Positions 26,360 to 32,000 of a stretch of 32,000 nt of DNA are shown one piece after another. Numbering within the stretch: position 1 is the first letter of the stretch; every line of letters starts with the position of its first letter. A program made the translations under genes and the position numbers. This DNA is from Bdellovibrionales bacterium. GTDB taxonomy: Bacteria > Bdellovibrionota > Bdellovibrionia > Bdellovibrionales > UBA1609. Below the pieces are notes generated by a model. It had not been told where the DNA came from. It was given only the letters and a program-made list of their open reading frames with translations, and did not search any database. The stretch spans positions 960,001-992,000 of the forward strand of contig OZ252021.1 of NCBI GenBank assembly GCA_965247685.1. Direction: 5' to 3'.

Positions 26360-27332
26360 AAAAGGATTCACTCTGATTGAGTTGATCGTTGTTATGGCGA
26401 TTCTTTCCATACTGGCGACCATATCGACCTTCAGCTATAGAGGCTATAATGAAAGAGCCCGAAAGCAAGTAGATCTGAAGCAAATGTCTTCGTTTGTTGT
26501 GTTGTCTGAAGTTTTCAAAGCAACAAATCAGTTTTTTTTGCCTAACATGAAATCCATGAATATCCCTTTAGATGGTTATTATAATTCCACTTACAAAATT
26601 CTTTGTCATAAAGAGGGGCTCTCTGGTGATGTGCTTTTTTCCAGTGATGACTCGGCAACACCATCCTCGGATGAAGTATGTGGTTGGGTGGAATTAAAAG
26701 TAACATCAGGGGTTTCAAAAGAGCTGAATGTAGGTGATCAGTGCAAGAGTTCTGCACCTGCTAAAGGATGGGCAGGATATATCTTCTGTCATTACTACGC
26801 TCAAGGAAATCCAAGTGAGTGGAGTAGTGGAGGGTGGCTTCCCCCTGCTGACAGGGTTTTTCCAAGTAGTAACAACAATGCTGATTTTGGAAAAGGATAT
26901 GATAATCTTGGTCATCCTTATAATCAATCTGGATTTCAGTTGGAACCCCACAACAGCAGTGACTGGGAGAATATTGTGGGTGATAATGATAAAAAGAATG
27001 ATGCTTTTTACCAATACTTTAAGATTAAAGATGTGAGTAGTGAATGTCCGCGGTTTAAAAAAGGTGATTATAGTGGATCGGATTCATGTTTTATGTCTAA
27101 GGAATTTTCAGTAGCATCAGATAAAGTCAAAACATTACTTGAGGCTTTGCCTAATTGGAATGCAGAAAAAGATCACTTTTTAAGTAGTCCGAATAGGCTT
27201 GTATTTGTTTCTTTAGCTTGTCGACAAGGCGGGTTTCAAGAGTGTGGAGATGGAGGTGTCAGAGAATACCGTGTCATAAGTCTGGATACCAATAAAATTG
27301 CAAAAGAAGAATATGGGGAAGTAAGCTTTTAG
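26349..27332 (+). CDS. Type IV prepilin-like protein, large and Cys-rich (pilin P2)
   Basis: Using M50 of the track ORF gives MWNKKG|[19 protein letters not shown], a canonical short-leader prepilin signal with Glu+5. 8 Cys. The upstream 49 codons of the track ORF are an out-of-frame read-through of the dnaK 3' end. Confidence 0.8.
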   Translation: MWNKKGFTLIELIVVMAILSILATISTFSYRGYNERARKQVDLKQMSSFVVLSEVFKATNQFFLPNMKSMNIPLDGYYNSTYKILCHKEGLSGDVLFSSDDSATPSSDEVCGWVELKVTSGVSKELNVGDQCKSSAPAKGWAGYIFCHYYAQGNPSEWSSGGWLPPADRVFPSSNNNADFGKGYDNLGHPYNQSGFQLEPHNSSDWENIVGDNDKKNDAFYQYFKIKDVSSECPRFKKGDYSGSDSCFMSKEFSVASDKVKTLLEALPNWNAEKDHFLSSPNRLVFVSLACRQGGFQECGDGGVREYRVISLDTNKIAKEEYGEVSF

Positions 27333-27946
27333 TTCCCGACTTGAACTTCCTGAATTATTTTATCATCATTGATCATCCATACATTGTAAGAAGTTTCATC
27401 ATTTTGATTTTTAGAGAGTGAAGAAGCAGCAAAAAGACAAAAACGATCGGAGGTGATCGTTTTATTCGTAGCCCATGATCCGTGGCATTGACTGATATAC
27501 TTATCGATCACATCCACATCAAAATTATTCACTTGATAATCTGATTTCAATGTACACGTGGTGTTCGTACTATGTTGATCAAAATCCGATTGACTGCCAC
27601 AGACTTGATTAAAACCTACTTTACAATCTGTACATGGTTGAGGGTCATCATGAAAGCAAGTTTTCCATGTTTCGCTGGAGTCATGTTTTAATCGAAGATT
27701 GTAATGAAGTTCTCCAGTAGGAACAGCTCCGATAGTCTGAAAATCCGGATAAAAAGATCTACAGTGTGCTTTATAGTTATGCAAAGAAACGGCCACAAAA
27801 GCTAAGTTCACTTTGGCTTCATTACTCCGAGTTTTCCTGATTATATAATTCCAAGAAGGGTAGCTGATGGTAGTCAATATACCAATAATGACTACTACAG
27901 TGAGTACTTCTAAAAGTGAGAGTCCTTTTTTTTGATATTTTTTCAA
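27329..27946 (-). CDS. Type IV prepilin-like protein, Cys-rich (pilin P3)
   Basis: MKKYQKKG|LSLLEVLTVVVIIGILTT (Leu+1, Glu+5). TTG start about 10 nt after GGAGG. 8 Cys. Scaffold motifs EAK, GELHYNL and NVWMIND are shared with P1 and P4. Confidence 0.8.
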   Translation of the reverse strand: MKKYQKKGLSLLEVLTVVVIIGILTTISYPSWNYIIRKTRSNEAKVNLAFVAVSLHNYKAHCRSFYPDFQTIGAVPTGELHYNLRLKHDSSETWKTCFHDDPQPCTDCKVGFNQVCGSQSDFDQHSTNTTCTLKSDYQVNNFDVDVIDKYISQCHGSWATNKTITSDRFCLFAASSLSKNQNDETSYNVWMINDDKIIQEVQVGN

Positions 27947-27963
27947 AATACTTTTTCCTCCAA

Positions 27964-28665
27964 TTAAGTTCCGTTTTTCAGATTTCTCAAACTTCTTTTG
28001 TGATTAATACTCCAGACATCTAGATTTTCTGGTTTGAGATATTCTTCAGCCGATGTCGTGCAGCCAATGGCATAAAACATGAATTTTATGCCGCCGCTGC
28101 TGGCGATTTCTCCAACCTGAACAACAGAATCGGTACTAGGTGTACCAGGTGGATCTATATTTAAATCTTCTACTTGTTTGACAATATCACCTTGATCCAC
28201 AGGACCAAAACATTTATTTCCTGTGGCACAGTGAGAGATATCATTTTCAGATTCAGGTTGTGGGTGAGCCCAGCAATTTTTACCACTGGGCGGTTGATTC
28301 CCGCAGGGGCAAATACTTTCACTGTTATTTTTATGAACTAGAGCAGATTCATAATCAGGGTCGGCGTATGTAGGTACTATTTTTTCTGATCGTCCCTTTG
28401 TAAACCGTGTTCCAATATTATATCGAATTTGCCCTCGAGGAATAACTCCTAAGTTTTTGAGAGAATAAGAGAATTCAGAGTGCTCAGTGAAATAAGAGTG
28501 TTGAGCTTGGTATGCAAGAGCCAAATGTGTTTTCGCCTCGATCTGCCGGCTTTGACGAATGTAGCGTCCATAGGAAGTATAGGCAATAGCAGAAATAACA
28601 GAAAGAATAGCCGTTATAATTAAAATCTCTAATAAGCTTAAGCCTTTTTTGTACTTCAATCTCAT
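27964..28665 (-). CDS. Type IV prepilin-like protein, Cys-rich (pilin P4)
   Basis: MRLKYKKG|LSLLEILIITAILSVISAIA (Leu+1, Glu+5). Scaffold motifs EAK, GQIRYNIG, FMFYAIG and LDVWSIN. 6 Cys clustered in the central insert. Confidence 0.8.
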   Translation of the reverse strand: MRLKYKKGLSLLEILIITAILSVISAIAYTSYGRYIRQSRQIEAKTHLALAYQAQHSYFTEHSEFSYSLKNLGVIPRGQIRYNIGTRFTKGRSEKIVPTYADPDYESALVHKNNSESICPCGNQPPSGKNCWAHPQPESENDISHCATGNKCFGPVDQGDIVKQVEDLNIDPPGTPSTDSVVQVGEIASSGGIKFMFYAIGCTTSAEEYLKPENLDVWSINHKRSLRNLKNGT

Positions 28666-28711
28666 AGCTCTACAGATTTTATCATAAGTTTATTTGAAAT
28701 AGTGGTATTTT

Positions 28712-29746
28712 TTAAAATAAGTATCGAGCATAGAACTGCAGGCGATACCAACTCCACTCCTCGGGAGCAGGAGAGTTTGGAAAAACTTGATAATAATAAG
28801 AAACTTGTTGTTGATTCCATCGATCTTTCAGATCATACATATTCGTAAATCCTCGAACTTCACCTCCAATAATAAGGTGAGAGTTTAAATGAGCTTCTAA
28901 TCCTGCGGTCATTCCGGCTTGTAAAGTTTGAGACTGACGACCTCGCCAGGTAAAAATATTTTTTGTCAGTCCTCTGTATGTTGAAAATCTTGCAACTCGT
29001 TCATTCCAAGTATCTATATCTGTCTGATAGGTTCTAGTTTGAAAAGCAGCGAGAACACCAATAAAGGGCCGAATAGAACCCGATTGAACATTAAAATAAA
29101 ATTTCGCAGCCAGCTCATGACTGTAAAGTTTTATATTATTATAAACATCAGTGGGATAAAAAAGACGATAGGTGTTGTAGTAAGGGGAGTACTCCAAAGA
29201 AATCCTTGAGAAATAAACTCCTAACCCTGCGGATAAAATTTGCATGTAATTATTGCTACCTTGAAAATTTTGATAAGAAAGTCGAGGGTAAGAATTTAAA
29301 AAATAATAAAGCTTACCGACTCCTAATTGAATAAAAAAACTGGATGCTTTGTTTTTGGAATGATAGGAGTGAGTTTGTTCATTGGACACAAGGGGTGCAG
29401 GAGCTGCGACATGTTCATCTCCTAAAGGGGTAAGAATTTTATTCAGTCTTTCTTGTTCTTCTCTAAGCCTCATGGTTTCTAAACGAGTTCTAATTTTATC
29501 CTCAGTGTGTTGTTCTGCTCTTCTTCTTGCTTGAGAAAGTTTTTCTTGTGGAGAAAGAGGAACGCTATAAACTTGTATAGGGGCTTGCTCGTTCACCTGA
29601 ATAACCTGTTCGGAATGAACATTAACTGCAGATTCTTCTTGTGCATAAGCATATAAAGTGAAAATAAATATTAAAAATGGAAACCTTAAAGCTTTAAACA
29701 CTGGCGTACTCCTTGAGCATGAGACCCTCATCCCTCTATCATCCAT
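28712..29746 (-). CDS. Hypothetical outer-membrane beta-barrel protein with a charged coiled-coil-like N-terminal region
   Basis: Signal-peptide-like FKALRFPFLIFIFTLYAYA|QEE (start at M1 29746 or M6 29731). Charged helix RRRAEQHTEDKIRTRLETMRLREEQERLNKIL. The C-terminal ~210 aa show alternating aromatic/polar strands rich in Y/G/N/Q and end in ...YRLQFYARYLF with terminal Phe, as in OMP beta-signals. First gene of a minus-strand operon with P4 and P3. Confidence 0.55.
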   Translation of the reverse strand: MDDRGMRVSCSRSTPVFKALRFPFLIFIFTLYAYAQEESAVNVHSEQVIQVNEQAPIQVYSVPLSPQEKLSQARRRAEQHTEDKIRTRLETMRLREEQERLNKILTPLGDEHVAAPAPLVSNEQTHSYHSKNKASSFFIQLGVGKLYYFLNSYPRLSYQNFQGSNNYMQILSAGLGVYFSRISLEYSPYYNTYRLFYPTDVYNNIKLYSHELAAKFYFNVQSGSIRPFIGVLAAFQTRTYQTDIDTWNERVARFSTYRGLTKNIFTWRGRQSQTLQAGMTAGLEAHLNSHLIIGGEVRGFTNMYDLKDRWNQQQVSYYYQVFPNSPAPEEWSWYRLQFYARYLF

Positions 29747-29797
29747 ACATACAGCAGATTTGTCAAAAATTGATACACTTTGAGTAAAAAATGAGTA

Positions 29798-29885
29798 AGC
29801 TTTTTAAGCTGATAAATAGGGATAACTCAACACTAGTCTAGCTTTTTGTATTTTAAGGTATTGAAACTCACTGTAAAAGCTTTTT
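29798..29885. repeat. AGCTTTTT octamer x3 in a divergent intergenic region
   Basis: Copies at 29798, 29840 and 29878 lie between the OMP-pilin operon (minus) and glpX (plus). The third is embedded in the 10-bp palindrome AAAAGCTTTT and the first in AGCTT-TTT-AAGCT. Confidence 0.4.
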
Positions 29886-29941
29886 TGAAAGTGATTTAAA
29901 GCACTCCTATTCACTTGTTTTTCTTATTGTTTTAGTGTGAG

Positions 29942-30886
29942 ATGATGAACCTCAAAAAGATTTATATTCCCATTACAGAAAAGGCAGCCCAAGCTTCTTA
30001 TGAATACATAGGGAAAAACAATTCTCATAAAGCAGATGAAGCAGCTGTGGAGGCTATGCGGGAGGCTTTTCGTCATGCTCCTATTGATGGAACCGTTGTG
30101 ATTGGAGAGGGGGAAAGAGATAAGGCCCCTATGCTTTATATTGGAGAAAAGGTGGGTCGTGGATCAGGGTGTCTAATCCAAGATATTGCTGTGGATCCTC
30201 TAGAGGGGACTGGTCTTTGTGCTCGTGGAGAAGAGGGAGCTCTTTGTGTTCTCGCAGGCGCCCCTGCCCAACATCTCCTTCAAGCACCAGATGTTTATAT
30301 GAATAAACTTGCCTGCAAACCTCAAGGGCTCTTACACTTAAATTATCCTCTTTCTAAAAATTTAAAACTTCTTTCAGAAGCATTGAGTAAGCCTGTATCA
30401 GAACTCAAAGTAGCGGTGCTGAATCGAAAGCGTCATGAATCACTCATTCGAGAACTTCAGTCTTTTGATATTCAACTGACTTTATTTCAAGATGGAGATG
30501 TTATGAAATCTTTACTGACTGCTATTTCGAATTCCAAAGATTCCATTGATTTGCTTTTGGGTTCTGGAGGAGCTCCAGAAGGGGTGCTTTCTGCAGCTGC
30601 CTTAAACAATTTGAATGGAGATTTTCAAGGTCAATTGATATGGGCAAACGAGGAACAAAAAGAACGTGCAATAAGTATGGGAATTAAAGACCTTCATCGC
30701 ATTTATATGCGATCCGAACTTGCAAAAGGAGATACTTTCTTTTGTGCAACAGCTGTGACTTCTAATTCTCTCATGAATGGAATTCAAGAACGAGATTCTT
30801 TGATGCATCTTGAGACCTTAATTTGCAGCTCGGATTGCCCTCAGGGATACAAAATTCATACATCTCAATACCCACTACATAAATAA
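29942..30886 (+). CDS. glpX: Fructose-1,6-bisphosphatase class II
   Basis: GlpX motifs: ADEAAVEAMREAF, DGTVVIGEGERDKAPMLYIGEKVG, DIAVDPLEGT, and GGAPEGVLSAAAL. About 314 aa. Confidence 0.9.
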   Translation: MMNLKKIYIPITEKAAQASYEYIGKNNSHKADEAAVEAMREAFRHAPIDGTVVIGEGERDKAPMLYIGEKVGRGSGCLIQDIAVDPLEGTGLCARGEEGALCVLAGAPAQHLLQAPDVYMNKLACKPQGLLHLNYPLSKNLKLLSEALSKPVSELKVAVLNRKRHESLIRELQSFDIQLTLFQDGDVMKSLLTAISNSKDSIDLLLGSGGAPEGVLSAAALNNLNGDFQGQLIWANEEQKERAISMGIKDLHRIYMRSELAKGDTFFCATAVTSNSLMNGIQERDSLMHLETLICSSDCPQGYKIHTSQYPLHK

Positions 30887-30927
30887 AGAGTAGAGCTGTT
30901 TTGTAATGAGACACTTTCTGATTAGAG

Positions 30928-30956
30928 TTGTCACCTTTATGAGCAAAAGTGAATAT
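30928..30956 (+). promoter_or_regulatory. Candidate sigma70-type promoter upstream of pilin P5
   Basis: TTGTCA-N17-GAATAT lies about 65 nt upstream of the ATG at 31022. Only 3/6 of the -10 matches, though A2 and T6 are present. Confidence 0.3.
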
Positions 30957-31021
30957 TTTTCATATAGTATGGAGTCAAATCTTCCGAATAATTAATGAGG
31001 AAATTTTCAAAAGGAAGATTC

Positions 31022-32000
31022 ATGATTTGGGATAAAGTTTGGAATAAAAAAGGATTCACACTCATGGACGCTTTAGCGTCTATGATTGCTTTAGGTTTGA
31101 TCGCACTCACTGTACAGTCTTTAATCTTATTAACAAATCAATTTTTCCATAGAAAAAGAGCCAGTTTTGGTAGTTTGGAGAGTCGAATTCTTATCAACAA
31201 TATGATATGCAATCGGTTTTCCGAACCTGTGTTTGTTCAACTTAACCCTCAGCGCACCTTTAGTTTTGATTCAGATACTAACACTTATACGAAGTTGAGT
31301 TTGAGTGGAAATTTACAAAAAGCCTCTTTCAGTGTTCCTTTGGTAGATATGGTTGAATTGAGTGGTACTGACACCAAGGTAAAGTCAGATTATCTCGCTG
31401 GGGAATTTATAGAATCTATTTTTATTCCTGATACTGACATTACTACTCCAGGAAGCAGTAGCCCTCTAAGGGCTCACATCGATGATAAAGCATCCAATTT
31501 TAGTCTTCTCCAAAGGGATGGAAATACAGCTGTGCAGGGAAGTCGTGACTATTTATCCCAATTTTACGATCTCTATTCGGATACACATACTTTAGTGGCT
31601 TATCAAGTCGATTTTCAGGGGATAGATAGCCCTATGGGAAGTATCAATAAGGGAGTTATTTATGCTTCTCGATGTGCAATGCTGAATCCCTCTGCAGGAG
31701 TAGATAGGGAAGAGTGGTTTGGTGCAGATGAAAATTCGACACATCGGGTTCGTTCTATACAAGATAGCTCTCATGAGAACACTAGTCCTGAGAAGGTGGT
31801 GGGGAATGCCTTTCATGTATTGGAGAATCCTTGGCGTCCTTTTTATTTCCCCAGTAAAAAAGATTCCTATGCTAAAATTCAATGTTGCGATATAGAAGCA
31901 CTCGGTAGTAGTTTAACGGATGCTGACCCGACACAAGGTGATTGGGATGGAGTGGGAAATGGAAGCATTTGTAAAAGTCTGAAATGGGCTTACCCTGTTA
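31022..32000 (+). CDS. Large prepilin-type (minor-pilin-like) protein, 3'-truncated by the window edge (pilin P5); not in the supplied ORF track
   Basis: My own translation from the ATG at 31022 is open for 326 codons to position 32000 with no stop. It begins MIWDKVWNKKG|FTLMDALASMIALGLIALTV..., a prepilin-type signal with Phe+1 but Asp at +5. AAGGAAG RBS 5 nt upstream. An in-frame ATG at 30995 lacks an RBS. At least 5 Cys. The track's minus-strand ORF 31592..31882 lies inside it. Confidence 0.7.
   Translation, partial: MIWDKVWNKKGFTLMDALASMIALGLIALTVQSLILLTNQFFHRKRASFGSLESRILINNMICNRFSEPVFVQLNPQRTFSFDSDTNTYTKLSLSGNLQKASFSVPLVDMVELSGTDTKVKSDYLAGEFIESIFIPDTDITTPGSSSPLRAHIDDKASNFSLLQRDGNTAVQGSRDYLSQFYDLYSDTHTLVAYQVDFQGIDSPMGSINKGVIYASRCAMLNPSAGVDREEWFGADENSTHRVRSIQDSSHENTSPEKVVGNAFHVLENPWRPFYFPSKKDSYAKIQCCDIEALGSSLTDADPTQGDWDGVGNGSICKSLKWAYPV

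Noticed and set aside
23698-27036. ORFs antisense to or out of frame with the pilin genes and dnaK (23698..23994, 25103..25312, 25474..25677, 25748..26047, 26542..26757, 26715..27014, 26734..27036).
   Set aside because: Each overlaps a gene with a clear prepilin signal or Hsp70 motifs. The pilin heads are novel enough that I cannot exclude overlap coding, but nothing in these translations supports it.
30978-31020. An 8-nt complementarity (AATCTTCC / GGAAGATT) that could sequester the Shine-Dalgarno of pilin P5.
   Set aside because: A single 8-bp match with a 27-nt loop in a 135-nt region is plausibly chance, on a rough estimate only. No supporting covariation is available.
31592-31882. The 96-aa minus-strand ORF, which is the only track entry in the last 1.1 kb.
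   Set aside because: It lies inside the 326-codon plus-strand ORF, which has a prepilin signal and an RBS. The minus-strand product has no start context or motifs.
1-32000. A search for CRISPR arrays, tRNA/rRNA genes, transposases, integrases, toxin-antitoxin pairs or known defence-system signatures.
   Set aside because: I found no spaced direct repeats, no tRNA-like T-arm motifs in intergenic DNA, and no ORF with recombinase, nuclease or defence-type motifs. Every ORF of at least 150 aa is accounted for above.

Overview
AT-rich bacterial chromosomal window. I saw no rRNA or tRNA genes, CRISPR arrays, transposases or integrases. I can support 26 protein-coding genes. Left third: the 3' end of ribF, then a tightly packed type IV pilus (T4P) operon, pilB-pilT-pilC. 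It continues with a PilS-position membrane protein, a sigma54 enhancer-binding protein (EBP) and a secreted helical-repeat protein. This gene order resembles Myxococcus/Bdellovibrio-type pil clusters, but that taxon hint is inference only. Middle: glmU-glmS on the minus strand, and a second sigma54 module made of a GAF/PAS/DHp protein without an ATP-binding domain plus a canonical NtrC-type response regulator. The rest of this part holds a PQQ-type sugar dehydrogenase, maeB, fadI-fadJ, an M50 protease and scpA-scpB. Right third: five Cys-rich prepilin-type genes interleaved with dnaK and glpX. They include an outer-membrane beta-barrel + pilin + pilin operon, a pilin gene whose start overlaps the dnaK stop, and a large pilin-like ORF that runs off the right edge and is absent from the supplied ORF track. 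Best candidates for something new: (1) the accessory-looking pilin/OMP locus between dnaK and glpX; (2) a PilS/PilR-position pair in which both the kinase and the receiver appear to have lost their phosphorelay residues; (3) a DHp-only sensor next to an intact NtrC-type regulator. All functional calls rest on motif recognition by eye, with no database search. Non-ORF coordinates were hand-counted from ORF anchors and may be off by 1-2 nt.
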